Notes: a model not told the origin generated them from the letters alone. DNA of 24,000 bases from Candidatus Bathyarchaeia archaeon (GCA_035528035.1 DATKZI010000043.1:27332-51331); one strand, 5' to 3'; positions 1 to 10,380 are shown, counted from the stretch's first letter. Numbers and translations: made by a program.

Positions 1-467
1 AGAAACACAAAATAAAATTGTGTTGAGAGATAGATTTTAAAATCAGGGAAATTTGCAATAATTTTTTGGATAAATCCCGTATAGATATTTACTAAAACTA
101 ATACTACAATTATTGTAATCGTAAGTAATGCAAGAATTAGTGTTAACATTCTATCAAAATCAAAAGCAATCAATATTAGATTTATTGCTAACATGGAATA
201 GAAAACTACTCCAATAATATTCATATAACCTGTGTCAACAGTATTATCGGGATTGTTGATTCCACCACGTCTGTTATTAAGTATCATTTGCGTTAGAAAT
301 AATACTAATGTTGTAATAAATGTGGGAATTAAAAGAATCATTGATGAGAATGAGCGAATGACCATTCTATCCTTATACTCTTTCGTATCTGAATCTTCCT
401 GTTTAGATTTCCTTTCAATAATTATAGTTTCTATTTTCGCGTCAGAAGCATGTTCTTCCTCAGTCAA
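1..467 (-). CDS. Partial membrane protein (runs off the left edge); soluble acidic N-terminus followed by hydrophobic segments
   Basis: Not in the ORF track. Manual minus-strand translation from a TTG at 467..465 gives (M)TEEEHASDAKIETIIIERKSKQEDSDTKEYKDRMVIRSFSSMILLIPTFITTLVLFLTQMILNNRRGGINNPDNTVDTGYMNIIGVVFYSMLAINLILIAFDFDRMLTLILALLTITIIVVLVLVNIYTGFIQ..., with no stop to the window edge. GGTGAT lies upstream of the TTG. Confidence 0.7.
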   Translation of the reverse strand, partial: MTEEEHASDAKIETIIIERKSKQEDSDTKEYKDRMVIRSFSSMILLIPTFITTLVLFLTQMILNNRRGGINNPDNTVDTGYMNIIGVVFYSMLAINLILIAFDFDRMLTLILALLTITIIVVLVLVNIYTGFIQKIIANFPDFKIYLSTQFYFVF

Positions 468-711
468 ATTTAATCACCATACACAAGAAATAATCTTCTA
501 CTAAAAAAAGATTCTTCATAAGGTAAATAAGATTAAAAAAATCTTTTTTCGAATTTTTGGACATTTTAGTGAGAAAGTATTGTGAAAGAAAATGATAGAA
601 ATATTTAAAAATAGACAAGAAGATATTCTCATTAGTATAAGAATTTGTTCTTATACTAAAAAAACTCACTTCCCCGATAAGTGAGAAAAAAAAATCGCGG
701 TAGAGTTTAAA

Positions 712-1158
712 ATGTTCGCAGAATTAATGACAAGTACCATTAAAGAGCGAGAATTAAGGATACGAGAATCCTTAGAACGAAAGAAAGGTACAAGAGGAAG
801 AAAGAAAAGCAAAAAAACAATCAGAGTTCAAGAGCTTATAATGGATCTTCTCTATGTAAATAAAAGATTAATGCGTTCTTCAGAAATTCGAATCGCTGTC
901 GGAAGACGAGTAAAGGGACTAAGTAATTATCTATTTTTTTCAGCCTTAATGGATTTACAAACGCAAGGGTCAATCATTAAGAAGAAGAATTTGTTAAATA
1001 TGAAGTATACTTTCTATGCTCTTTCAGATATAGAACGCGATCAAAGACTTAGAGATGTTCTCCCAAGAGACCAATTAAGTGGCATTGAATTGAGATATCT
1101 TGCTACTTTATATCAAATGGAAAAGGACTTAATCTTCCCAATGAGATTCCTTTTCTAA
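712..1158 (+). CDS. Hypothetical basic protein, possibly winged-helix-like
   Basis: 148-aa ORF; basic N-terminus (RKKGTRGRKKSKK) followed by a helix-rich region (VQELIMDLLYVNKRLMRSSEIRIAVGRRVKGLSNYLFFSALMDLQTQGSI). Domain call is inference. Confidence 0.65.
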   Translation: MFAELMTSTIKERELRIRESLERKKGTRGRKKSKKTIRVQELIMDLLYVNKRLMRSSEIRIAVGRRVKGLSNYLFFSALMDLQTQGSIIKKKNLLNMKYTFYALSDIERDQRLRDVLPRDQLSGIELRYLATLYQMEKDLIFPMRFLF

Positions 1159-1305
1159 AACATTTTTTTTTAAAAAAAAATAAGCTCTTGATTTTTCATT
1201 TTTATAAAAAAAATTCCTTTTTAAGGATATAAAGTTAGATTAATTACTGAGTAATTGTAATAATATAGTGGTAAGTCAATCTTGTAGATTGGTACCCGGA
1301 GATTA

Positions 1306-1971
1306 TTGATGCCCCCTGATTATAAAAAATTATACGAGATAGTTTGCGACCTTTATTCAGACACAGATCATTTCTATTATGGTCAATGGGATGAAACTTT
1401 CTATACTTTGCGAGTTTTCGAAACTTGTAAAACCTTAATTAGAAAAACTAACGCAAAAGTAGAAGAAGAATTTATTCTTACAGCAGCAATTTTTCATGAT
1501 GTAGGAAAAACAATCCTTGATACAGAAGAGAAGATAAAAGAAGAATGGGATAAACATCCTATTTATGGTGCAGAAGTAACTCGTAAAATATTAAAAGAGC
1601 AAGGATTTGAAAACGAATTTATAGAGCAAGTAGTTTATCTTGTTAAACATCATGATGATCGTCCAAGTAAAGTGGAAATGGTTCGAACACATGAATTAAA
1701 AATTCTGCAAGATGCTGATCTATTAGCTGACCTTGGATTAGCGAGTTTTGTTAGACCTTTTCTTTATAGTGGTAAAAATAAACGAAAAACAATTGATAAT
1801 GTAAATTACATAAAAGCAGAACGACCAAGTAATGGCAACATATCAAAAGAAAATCTCTATAAATTGAATCTTAATGTGTCAAAAAAGATAGCTAGTAAAT
1901 TAATTCGAGAAGCTAATAAACTGAATAATAAAATCTTCAAACTTACACAATCAGAACTTTTAGATGAATAA
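1306..1971 (+). CDS. HD-domain phosphohydrolase-like protein
   Basis: 221-aa ORF with H...HD (TAAIFHDVGKT), KHHDD and DADLLADLG motifs; GGAG upstream of the ATG. Confidence 0.85.
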   Translation: MMPPDYKKLYEIVCDLYSDTDHFYYGQWDETFYTLRVFETCKTLIRKTNAKVEEEFILTAAIFHDVGKTILDTEEKIKEEWDKHPIYGAEVTRKILKEQGFENEFIEQVVYLVKHHDDRPSKVEMVRTHELKILQDADLLADLGLASFVRPFLYSGKNKRKTIDNVNYIKAERPSNGNISKENLYKLNLNVSKKIASKLIREANKLNNKIFKLTQSELLDE

Positions 1972-2044
1972 AAATAGAAATGACAATCAGCCTTTCTAAA
2001 ATACTTTATATTTGCAAGTAATGATAATCAATTGGTTGATTTAA

Positions 2045-2893
2045 ATGAAAGCATTTATTTCTGTTGATCTAGAAGGATTACCGTTTGTGGTAATACCAGG
2101 GCAATTAAATTTGAAAGGCTCATTATATGATGAAGCTCGTGAGATTGCTACTGAAATTACTCTTGCAGCTGCTCATGAATTAAAAGAAAATGGTTTTGAG
2201 CAAATATTAATTGCTGATAGTCATGGACCGATGGTCAACATAAAAGTAAATGACTTGCCTGAATATGTGGAAATCATTAGAGGAAATCCACGACCAACTA
2301 GTATGGTATTAGGTGTAGAAGAATGCGATGTAGCAATTTTTCTAGGCTATCATGCGAAATTTGGTACTGCTAAATCAACTTTTGATCATACATATAGCGG
2401 AGCAAGTATTCATCAAGTTAAGGTAAATGATATCCCTGCAAGTGAATTCCTTTTAAATGCCTATGTTGCTGGTGAATATAATGTTCCTGTAATTCTTGTA
2501 GGTGGAGAAAATCAACTTTTAAAAGATGATGTTGAAAAGTTTACTCCTTGGGTTGAAACAGTACCATTTAAACAATCATTTAGTCAATTCTCTTCCAGAA
2601 GTCCAAGTATGAAAAAAATTATCACTGAATTGCAAGAGAAAATTAGAATAGCAGTTAATAATTTCAAGAATAAGAAAACAAAACCACTAAAGGTCACTAA
2701 AGAAATTATTATGAGTATTACTTTTCGTACATCAATATTAGCTGATATAGCAGAATTATTACCTTTCATTAAACGCCTTGATGGTTTAACAGTTGAATAT
2801 AAAGCAAAAGATATGATTGATGCTTACAAAATATTTCAATTGTTAGTAACAGCTGCAGGTGGCATAAATGCATATATGAATAGTATACAATGA
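2045..2893 (+). CDS. Peptidase M55 family (DppA-like D-aminopeptidase)
   Basis: 282-aa ORF: N-terminal ISVDLEGLPFV, ADSHGPM and FLGYHAKFGT...HTYSG motifs typical of M55. Confidence 0.85.
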   Translation: MKAFISVDLEGLPFVVIPGQLNLKGSLYDEAREIATEITLAAAHELKENGFEQILIADSHGPMVNIKVNDLPEYVEIIRGNPRPTSMVLGVEECDVAIFLGYHAKFGTAKSTFDHTYSGASIHQVKVNDIPASEFLLNAYVAGEYNVPVILVGGENQLLKDDVEKFTPWVETVPFKQSFSQFSSRSPSMKKIITELQEKIRIAVNNFKNKKTKPLKVTKEIIMSITFRTSILADIAELLPFIKRLDGLTVEYKAKDMIDAYKIFQLLVTAAGGINAYMNSIQ

Positions 2894-2918
2894 AAAATAG
2901 GATAACTGGATTAGTTGC

Positions 2919-3734
2919 TTATTTTTCTTTTAAATTATCTTTCATCTGGACAAAACTAAAGCAACTTGGAATATGCGAATCATATACTCCATGAGCATTC
3001 AGTGACCAACCATGATGTTTTTCTTCCGAATAATCCTCTGTTGAGAGAGATTGAAATCGGGAGAAATTTATACGTAATTCATCATTGATTTTTGGTTGAT
3101 ATTTTTTACCAAATAGAGATGTAAATCCATTCCAAGGAAAAGCCAATTCTACAGTCCATCCAATATCACGATCTGAGGAATCATTAATTGTTCCTTGTAC
3201 CTGAACAGCTGTTTTTAATCCAGGAAAATCCCAATCCATAAAAGCCCATCTTTTTCCTCTAGGATGTTTCTTATAACGAAGAATATCTTGGAATCCACCT
3301 AAAATATCTACATTTCTCTTGAGAAGATCAAATTCAGAACAATTAAATCTACTTTCTTTTGTATATGCATCTTGCCAGATATAGAATACCTCATAAATTG
3401 TCCCTAAAGCATTAATTTGAAATTCATAATAACATTCATCACCAGCAATAAAGAGTTCAATATCATTTTCGGTATAAATTTGTGAATCCCTATCGTTTAA
3501 ATAAGCTTGAACATTTGGTTCCTCCACCCAAAATGCTACATAGAAATAAGAAGAATCCCATAAAGTAGCAATCTTGGTTTGTAATGAAGCAGATCGTCCA
3601 GAGACAAGTTCAACTAAATTAGCTTTTGGAGCATGAATCCACACTTTCTTCTCGAGATTACCATCAATGATAATTGGAGAATTAATATGAAAACATGAAT
3701 AATGTGCAACTTTATCCTCAGAACAACCGTACAT
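2919..3734 (-). CDS. Carbohydrate-binding family 9-like (CBM9-like) domain protein without obvious signal peptide
   Basis: 271-aa ORF: INSPIIIDGNLEKKVW...ATLWDSSYFYVAFWVEEPN...YTENDIELFI...YYEFQINALGTIYEVFY...GWTVELAFPW, the pattern of CBM9-like domains. Confidence 0.7.
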   Translation of the reverse strand: MYGCSEDKVAHYSCFHINSPIIIDGNLEKKVWIHAPKANLVELVSGRSASLQTKIATLWDSSYFYVAFWVEEPNVQAYLNDRDSQIYTENDIELFIAGDECYYEFQINALGTIYEVFYIWQDAYTKESRFNCSEFDLLKRNVDILGGFQDILRYKKHPRGKRWAFMDWDFPGLKTAVQVQGTINDSSDRDIGWTVELAFPWNGFTSLFGKKYQPKINDELRINFSRFQSLSTEDYSEEKHHGWSLNAHGVYDSHIPSCFSFVQMKDNLKEK

Positions 3735-3829
3735 AACAATACCTCAGAAAATAGTTTATTGCTTAAAATTAATTTAAAAAATAAATACTTATTGGAAAAA
3801 GCGAAGAGAAAATAAAATGAATGGTAAAT

Positions 3830-4696
3830 TTATTGTAAATTCGTTAATTGTAAGCTTAAATCCCATAGCTCTCTATGCAATTTCTCATTTTTAGCAAAGT
3901 CAGAGATTTCCTTCAATTTACCATTCTGGAAATATTTACCAGTAATATTTGCTAACTCTGGGGATGATGCCAAATAAATAGCTGTTTTTGCTGCTTTTGA
4001 TGGACTATGAGAAAGTGGAAACAGTAACACCAAAGAAATTTTCATCAATAATGTTGTTTTCCCAAAATTGCTTCGAGTAAAACCGGGAGTATAAGTATTT
4101 ACAGTAACATCAAAATCTTTGAGTTGTTTTGCTAATTCTTGGGTGAACATTATGTTGTATAATTTTGATTCCCCATAAGCACCAAAACTTGAAAATTTCC
4201 TCGTCTCCCAATTGTAATCAGATAAAGACCATTTTTTTATTGCAGCATAGGCTCCCGAACTAACATTGATTATACGAGAAGGTGCACTTTTCTTCAGTAA
4301 ATCTAATACTAAATTTGTTAAAAGAAAATAACCCAAATGATTTACCGCAAAAGTTGTTTCAATATTATCTTCTGTTAATAATTTCTTATTATTCATTAGA
4401 CCATGATTATTTACAAGAAGATCCAATCGAGTATATTTCTTCTTAAAGTCAGTTACAAATGATCGAATTGACTTTTGTGAAGCAAAATCACAAATTAATA
4501 AATCAAGGGTATCTTTTCTTGTAGAATTTTTTATTTCTTCTAGTGCTAACAGTCCTTTCTCTTTATTACGAACAACCATAACAACATGAGCACCTAATTC
4601 AACCAATTGACGTGTGGTTTCCTTACCTACACCTGAATTTGCTCCTGTAACAATACAAATTTTATTTCTCAAAGTATTATTAATCATTTTTATCAA
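3830..4696 (-). CDS. Short-chain dehydrogenase/reductase (retinol dehydrogenase-like SDR)
   Basis: 288-aa ORF: TGANSGVG cofactor motif, LVNNHG, and catalytic YGESK. Confidence 0.93.
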   Translation of the reverse strand: MIKMINNTLRNKICIVTGANSGVGKETTRQLVELGAHVVMVVRNKEKGLLALEEIKNSTRKDTLDLLICDFASQKSIRSFVTDFKKKYTRLDLLVNNHGLMNNKKLLTEDNIETTFAVNHLGYFLLTNLVLDLLKKSAPSRIINVSSGAYAAIKKWSLSDYNWETRKFSSFGAYGESKLYNIMFTQELAKQLKDFDVTVNTYTPGFTRSNFGKTTLLMKISLVLLFPLSHSPSKAAKTAIYLASSPELANITGKYFQNGKLKEISDFAKNEKLHRELWDLSLQLTNLQ

Positions 4697-4943
4697 AGAT
4701 ACAAATAATACTAGTTTCTTATTATTATTGATTAAATTTTTAATAAAAAAGAAATATTAGGACCTAAATGTACTGCCATTTCTAAAATAAGCTAGATTGT
4801 CTATGCTTGAAAAAATGTGAAAAACATGATTTATTTGAACAACCTGAAGAACATCACAAAGATAAGATTGTATTCTATCAAAGAGAGAAGAAATAATGTA
4901 AAAGAGAAGTCTTATTAGGTTGTAAAAGGGACTATAACTTAAG

Positions 4944-5435
4944 ATGTCAAAACAAAGATGGAAAAAATTCGAATTAGGTATGAGTTATCTTGAGAAGCAT
5001 GGTTTGGGTTTGATTTACTGGACGCAAGATGGTGAAAAACTCGTTTTCAAATCAGGTGCAGCTTTTAAGAGTTTAGAAGAAGAAACCCTTTCAAAACCTT
5101 ATAAAATAAAGCTGACTGAAGATAATAAAATCGTAGAATTAACTGAAGAATTTATGAACCGCTTTGAGATAAGCACTAAATTAGATTTACAAAGATTAAT
5201 GAGGATTTGTTCAATTTTATTAACTGATTTTAGTGGACCCATAGAGGAAGATACACCAAAAAATCATCTCGAGAGATTAAAGAATAGGCTTAAAAAATAC
5301 GTAAAAAATGAAAATGAACAATTAATTCAAGGATTTTTGGGATTTGAAGCAATTATGGGTTATAAAGAACAAATTGCTTTAGAAGATTATAATCAAGCGG
5401 CAAAATTAATGAATGGATTATACAAATTATGGTAA
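4944..5435 (+). CDS. Hypothetical protein
   Basis: 163-aa ORF with good codon continuity; no family recognised. Confidence 0.65.
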   Translation: MSKQRWKKFELGMSYLEKHGLGLIYWTQDGEKLVFKSGAAFKSLEEETLSKPYKIKLTEDNKIVELTEEFMNRFEISTKLDLQRLMRICSILLTDFSGPIEEDTPKNHLERLKNRLKKYVKNENEQLIQGFLGFEAIMGYKEQIALEDYNQAAKLMNGLYKLW

Positions 5436-5511
5436 TGCAAAATTATTTTCAAGACTGAAAGAAATGCTTTCATATATTCTTTATTTTTCCTTTTCTATTG
5501 ATGGTGTTTTT

Positions 5512-5928
5512 ATGATCGTTGATGATAAAGTAATCTTGAAAGAATTAGCTGAAGATTTTATTGGAATTTTAGAAAGTTGTGACGAAGAGAAATTCCAAGC
5601 AATCTGGCACCCACAAGCGATTAGGTTTGGATTGGGAAATGCTAATGAATTAATGACGATGAATAAAGAAGAAATGATAAAATATTCTCTGACTGGTTTA
5701 AGGAATCTTAAAAAGCAATTACCCAGCTCTGAAAGTATTAAATTTACTATTAAAGAAATACTTGACATTAAGTGTTTAGAGGGTGTTATTGGTTCTGTAT
5801 TGGTTAAATGGCAAATGAATCTTCCTGGTTCTGTCGGTACCCATCAAACCTTCATCCAATTTGCTAAGCATGAAAATAAATGGGTAATAGTAAACGTTCT
5901 TGACAAAGGTATTGAAGAAATAGAGTAA
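5512..5928 (+). CDS. SnoaL/NTF2-like (lumazine-binding-like) small protein; start moved from 5413 to 5512
   Basis: The ORF track starts at 5413, but the first 33 codons overlap the previous gene and look non-coding. From ATG 5512: MIVDDKVILKELAEDFIGILESCDEEKFQAIWHPQAIRFG...GSVLVKWQM...GTHQTFIQFAKHENKWVIVNV resembles NTF2-like folds. Confidence 0.7.
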   Translation: MIVDDKVILKELAEDFIGILESCDEEKFQAIWHPQAIRFGLGNANELMTMNKEEMIKYSLTGLRNLKKQLPSSESIKFTIKEILDIKCLEGVIGSVLVKWQMNLPGSVGTHQTFIQFAKHENKWVIVNVLDKGIEEIE

Positions 5929-5937
5929 ATTAATTTC

Positions 5938-6648
5938 CTATGATAATTTTCGCAAACGGATGAAAAGAAATCGTGGTTCTGTAATTAAATTTTCATATAT
6001 TACAGGATCAATTTCTTTTGCTTCTGGGACTGGGAAAGGTTCAAGTAAAACATCTACATAGAAATTATTTTTCTTAAAAATAGCAAAGATATTCGCTAAG
6101 GTTCGATGGTAATAGCTTACTTTGTATGGTTTTCCTTCAATTTGCCAAGTATCCTCATAGAGTTCTTTTGTAAAATAATTTGTCTTTTTGTGCCATAACC
6201 AATCAGCATGTGGATGGTGTATGGAAATCACAATTGAACCATCATCTTTGAGTATTCTCTGGAATTCTTTAAAGACAGGTAACCAATTATCTATATAATG
6301 CAAAACTAAAGAAGCAACTATAATGTCAAAGGATTTATCCTCTGTAAAAGTCAATGGTTTTGATATATCAGCAACTAGAATTTCAGCTTTAGTTCCTATT
6401 CGTTCTTTAGTGTATGCAACCATCCTTTCACTAATGTCACAGGCTACAACCGAAGCTTTCTGACCGAGCAACCATTCAGTAAGATTGCCACCACCACAAC
6501 CAACTTCAAGGACATGCTTGTTTTCAGCTTCACCAATAAGTGTGATAATGTTAGGACGATTATAAAGAGCATTATGAATGTTACTTTCATTTTTTTGGAT
6601 ATAGGCTTCTCCCATTGTATCATAATCTTTAGCTGGATTGGCTTTCAT
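5938..6648 (-). CDS. SAM-dependent class I methyltransferase
   Basis: 236-aa ORF: HVLEVGCGGGNLTEWL (motif I), VVACDISERM, LTFTEDKSFDIIVASLVLHYI. Confidence 0.9.
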   Translation of the reverse strand: MKANPAKDYDTMGEAYIQKNESNIHNALYNRPNIITLIGEAENKHVLEVGCGGGNLTEWLLGQKASVVACDISERMVAYTKERIGTKAEILVADISKPLTFTEDKSFDIIVASLVLHYIDNWLPVFKEFQRILKDDGSIVISIHHPHADWLWHKKTNYFTKELYEDTWQIEGKPYKVSYYHRTLANIFAIFKKNNFYVDVLLEPFPVPEAKEIDPVIYENLITEPRFLFIRLRKLS

Positions 6649-6798
6649 TGTTATTCAGATTAATGATTATATAACACTAAAAAAATCTTTTGAAAAAATT
6701 AATAGTTATAAAAAAGTACCAAAATGATGATTAGAATCTTTTATTAAGGTGAAAATCAAAAAAAAGATAGAAGAACTACAAAAAAAGGTTGAGTTTGC

Positions 6799-7182
6799 AT
6801 GAAAGTTTCAATCACTACTCTGGAAGACTATGGATTCTTATTAGCATTTTTTGGTGGAATAATAACATCAGTTATGGCTTTACTTAGTTTTATAGTAAGT
6901 GTCGCTAAAGCTCACATACATTGGTTTTTTGGGGCAGGATTTATAGGAATAGCTAATCCAATTGCTGGATCTATAATTTCTTTAATTTTTGGCATATTTG
7001 CATTATTAATTGGTATGAAATTATTCTCAAGTAAAATCAATGATATTGTCTCACGAATAGATACTATAATCATTTCAATAATATTAATAGTGATAAGCAT
7101 TATTGTTATTGGTTTTGGTGGATTGATTATTTTAGTAGGTGCAATATTGTTATTGATTTATCGATTAAGATCAACAAATTAA
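6799..7182 (+). CDS. Small integral membrane protein, hypothetical
   Basis: 127-aa ORF with about four hydrophobic segments. Confidence 0.65.
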   Translation: MKVSITTLEDYGFLLAFFGGIITSVMALLSFIVSVAKAHIHWFFGAGFIGIANPIAGSIISLIFGIFALLIGMKLFSSKINDIVSRIDTIIISIILIVISIIVIGFGGLIILVGAILLLIYRLRSTN

Positions 7183-7249
7183 TCTTCAATATAGTTATAA
7201 ATTCCTAGAATGATTATTTAGCTACTATTAATTTAAGGAAGGAACTATC

Positions 7250-8239
7250 TTGAAAGTGCTAGTAGTACGACCTACTTTAGCTGAAATAATCGAAGAACAT
7301 AAAGATTCTTTATCGGAAAGTGTAGAAATCATCACACCTAATGAAGGCTCTGATGAAGAAATAGCACAATTGATCACCGATGTTGATATTATTGTTTGTA
7401 CGCGATTGTCAGCAGACGCAGTAATCAATGCTAAAAAATTGAAACTGATTCAAAAAACTGGTGCTGGAGTAGATGCAATGCCTTTCGAGGTAATTAAAGA
7501 AGAGATATATGTAGCAAATACTGCAGGGGCAAATCCAGTACCTTTAGCAGAAGGAGCAATAGCTCTTCTAATGAGTCTTGCGAAACGAATTGTAAGTAGG
7601 CATAATTTATTCCCTGATAGGGACTCTCAAAAAGGAACAGAAATTAGAGGAAAAAATCTAGGGATTATAGGAATGGGAAGTATTGGAGTGGAAATAGCTA
7701 AACGTATGAGCTCTTTTGAGATGAATATTTTAGCTATAAAGAGACAACCAACTGAAGAATTAAAAGAAAAATTAGGTTTAAAATTCCTTGGGGGACCCGA
7801 GGATCTTGATTATTTATTAACTGAATCAGATTTTATTATATTGACAGTTCCATTAACACCACAAACTCGTGGGTTGATAGGTGAACGAGAATTACAGCTA
7901 ATGAAACCTACTTCTTATATTATCAATGTTGGACGTGCAGCATTAATACAAGAAGAACCCTTCTACAAAGCATTAAAAGAGGAAAGAATAGCTGGAGCTG
8001 GTATTGATGTTTGGTGGACACCTCATTGGTGGGACACCATCTGGAAACCTCATAATGATAAACCAGCTAATTATCCTATATGGGAATTGCCAAATGTGAT
8101 AGCTACTCCTCATAATATTGGATTTACAGAAAAAACGATTCACTCTGATAATGCCATAAAAATAATTATTGAAAACATCAATCGTATTGAGAAAGGTTTG
8201 CCTCCACTAAATACCGTTGATAAAGAATTTCAATATTGA
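7250..8239 (+). CDS. D-isomer-specific 2-hydroxyacid dehydrogenase family
   Basis: TTG start at 7250 preceded by AAGGAAGG. Contains NAD motif GIIGMGSIG, catalytic-region INVGRAALI, AGAGIDVWW and TPHNIGFT. Confidence 0.92.
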   Translation: MKVLVVRPTLAEIIEEHKDSLSESVEIITPNEGSDEEIAQLITDVDIIVCTRLSADAVINAKKLKLIQKTGAGVDAMPFEVIKEEIYVANTAGANPVPLAEGAIALLMSLAKRIVSRHNLFPDRDSQKGTEIRGKNLGIIGMGSIGVEIAKRMSSFEMNILAIKRQPTEELKEKLGLKFLGGPEDLDYLLTESDFIILTVPLTPQTRGLIGERELQLMKPTSYIINVGRAALIQEEPFYKALKEERIAGAGIDVWWTPHWWDTIWKPHNDKPANYPIWELPNVIATPHNIGFTEKTIHSDNAIKIIIENINRIEKGLPPLNTVDKEFQY

Positions 8240-8254
8240 AATTCACTCTAATTA

Positions 8255-8821
8255 TTATTTTGAAAGTTTAGAATGACGAAAACAATCAGTTGTATGATCA
8301 TTAACAATACCTATAGCTTGCATAAATGCATAGATGATTGTTGGTCCTACAAAGGTAAAACCTCTTTTTTTCAAATCTTTACTAATTGTCTCAGATAATT
8401 CTGTTTGAGCTGGAATTTCAGCACCTGTTTTGCAATTTGTTTGAATTGGAACATTATTTACATAATTCCAGAGATACTTATCAAATGATTCAAACTCTTC
8501 ACGAATTTTTAAAAAAGCTTTAGCATTTGTTACTACCGAACGAATCTTTAGTTTATTCCTAATAATCCCAGGATTCTCGAGTAATTTCTGAATTTTCTCT
8601 TCATTATATTTAATTATTTTATTGTAATCAAAATTATCAAAAGCTTGGCGATAATTTTCACGACGTTCTAAAATAGTTCTCCAGGATAGACCTGCTTGAG
8701 CTCCCTCTAAAACAAGAAATTCAAATAAAATTCTATCATTATGAATTGGAACACCCCATTCTAAATCATGATAATCATTATACAATTTATCAGTTCCAGC
8801 CCAAAAACATCTTTGTTTCAA
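8255..8821 (-). CDS. tag: DNA-3-methyladenine glycosylase I
   Basis: 188-aa ORF: RCFWAGTDKLYNDYHDLEWGVP, LEGAQAGLSWRTIL, GFTFVGPTIIYAFMQAIGIVNDH, characteristic of Tag. Confidence 0.93.
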   Translation of the reverse strand: MKQRCFWAGTDKLYNDYHDLEWGVPIHNDRILFEFLVLEGAQAGLSWRTILERRENYRQAFDNFDYNKIIKYNEEKIQKLLENPGIIRNKLKIRSVVTNAKAFLKIREEFESFDKYLWNYVNNVPIQTNCKTGAEIPAQTELSETISKDLKKRGFTFVGPTIIYAFMQAIGIVNDHTTDCFRHSKLSK

Positions 8822-9001
8822 ATTATAACACCAGTATATACTTTTGATTGTTTTTATAATTAGTTTTGTATAGTATGGAATTTTCTATTATGAATTTGTT
8901 GTTTTACATCAATATGATTGACACGTTATCAAAAAGTCGTAATATTATTACAAAAAAAATTTAAAAAAAACTAAAGGTCTATGTATAAGAAGAAACTATA
9001 A

Positions 9002-9211
9002 GTGTTAATATGGAAGTTGCCTATAATGAATTCTAATGTAAAAACACACATTGCTGAGGAAAAAATATTATTAAGAGAGTATCTTGAAAAAATAGGCATA
9101 AAAGATATAGAAAAATATACTATTTTAGTTAACGGTATAATCGTTAAACCGGATATTATGATCGAGAAAGATGATGAGATAATCGTTGTTCCAATCTTGA
9201 AAGGTGGATAA
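9002..9211 (+). CDS. Ubiquitin-like beta-grasp protein of ThiS/MoaD/SAMP type with C-terminal Gly-Gly (start could be 9026)
   Basis: Short ORF ending ...YTILVNGIIVKPDIMIEKDDEIIVVPILKGG*. The NG...D.I..DDEI..VP...GG pattern and terminal GG are diagnostic. GTG at 9002 or ATG at 9026 are possible starts. Confidence 0.8.
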   Translation: MLIWKLPIMNSNVKTHIAEEKILLREYLEKIGIKDIEKYTILVNGIIVKPDIMIEKDDEIIVVPILKGG

Positions 9212-9270
9212 ATTAAAGTTAAAAAGGTTGAGAGGCCGAAAAGGAAGAGGTTAAATTTCGACCTTATGAA

Positions 9271-10164
9271 TTAATGTTTTGTGTCAAGTAACCAGTCTTT
9301 GTTAAAAGCGCCAATATAACCAATGGTTAAGGTTTTACTACCAACAAAATTAGCCACTATTGAACCTGTTTCTTGAATAATGATTTTCTTTCCTTTGGGA
9401 TTATTTTCCTTCATATAGAAAGCAATTTGTTCAGCTGCTTCAGGCCAACGCGTGTGTCCTATGAAGAGATAATCACTTTCACCATTCAGATTTTTAAGAG
9501 CTAAAGAACCAAATTTTTTCATCTGCCTAATAATTAGTTCATCATCAGCGCGAATTTTACCTTGAACAGAGATTTGACCATCAACAAATTCTACAATAGG
9601 TTTTACTTTAAAGAAATCAGCTAAGAATTTTTTTGTTTTAGGAACTCTACCAGTTCTCACAAGATTTTCAAGAGTAAACATTATTCCGGCATAGTTAACT
9701 TGTGACAACCATTCAACGATTTTAGTGTTTATTTCATCAAAAGAATGACCATTTTGAGCCATGATTGCTGCCTCTAATACAACTGAAGCTAAGCCAACAC
9801 CTGTAACATTCGAGTTATAAATACTGATTTCTTTGTCTGGAAAATGTTGATTTACAACCACTTTAGCATTTGGAGCTATAGGGGAAAGATGATCAGATAA
9901 AAAAATACCAATTGCTGAATCTACTTTCTGTAAAGCACACTCAAAGCATTTATGAATAATTCCGGGGGAGGGAGTAGATGTTGTAGGAAGCTCATAAATA
10001 GCTCTTGAATAATATTCATCTAAAGTCAATTCACCATCCACACCACATGAACAAAAAACTTTGTCCGAAAAAATAACTTTGGTAGGAATGATGGTTATAT
10101 TATATTTTTTAATATACTCGATTGGTAAATCGCAAGTATCATCAGTTATTATAGCTATAGACAT
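9271..10164 (-). CDS. DegV family (fatty-acid-binding) protein
   Basis: 297-aa ORF: IAIITDDTCDLP, TSTPSPGIIHKCFE, NSNVTGVGLASVVLEAA, TLENLVRTGRVPK, VKPIVEFVDGQI, typical of DegV. Confidence 0.92.
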   Translation of the reverse strand: MSIAIITDDTCDLPIEYIKKYNITIIPTKVIFSDKVFCSCGVDGELTLDEYYSRAIYELPTTSTPSPGIIHKCFECALQKVDSAIGIFLSDHLSPIAPNAKVVVNQHFPDKEISIYNSNVTGVGLASVVLEAAIMAQNGHSFDEINTKIVEWLSQVNYAGIMFTLENLVRTGRVPKTKKFLADFFKVKPIVEFVDGQISVQGKIRADDELIIRQMKKFGSLALKNLNGESDYLFIGHTRWPEAAEQIAFYMKENNPKGKKIIIQETGSIVANFVGSKTLTIGYIGAFNKDWLLDTKH

Positions 10165-10380
10165 AATGAGTAATTCTCCTTATAGTTAGGAATAAATGGA
10201 AATTTGCACTTTCTAGGAAAGTGGAACAAAAACAAAATACATTTACTAGTATATTAAAATAATAGTTTGAATCATAAAATGAGTAAACTATAAAGAAAAA
10301 AAGTAACTTTATCATATACAAATAGCTTTTTAATTAAAAATGAAATTTCTTTGACTCATTGTATACTAATGGTGACATTT

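Noticed and set aside
460-669. Minus-strand 69-aa ORF MSFFSIRTNSY...
   Set aside because: Ends across the start of the better-supported TTG-initiated membrane ORF and has AT-driven F/Y/N/K composition; likely intergenic.
4807-4896. Unlisted small open frame LKKCEKHDLFEQPEEHHKDKIVFYQREKK*
   Set aside because: Slightly protein-like, but too short with only a TTG start; could be a remnant, insufficient support.
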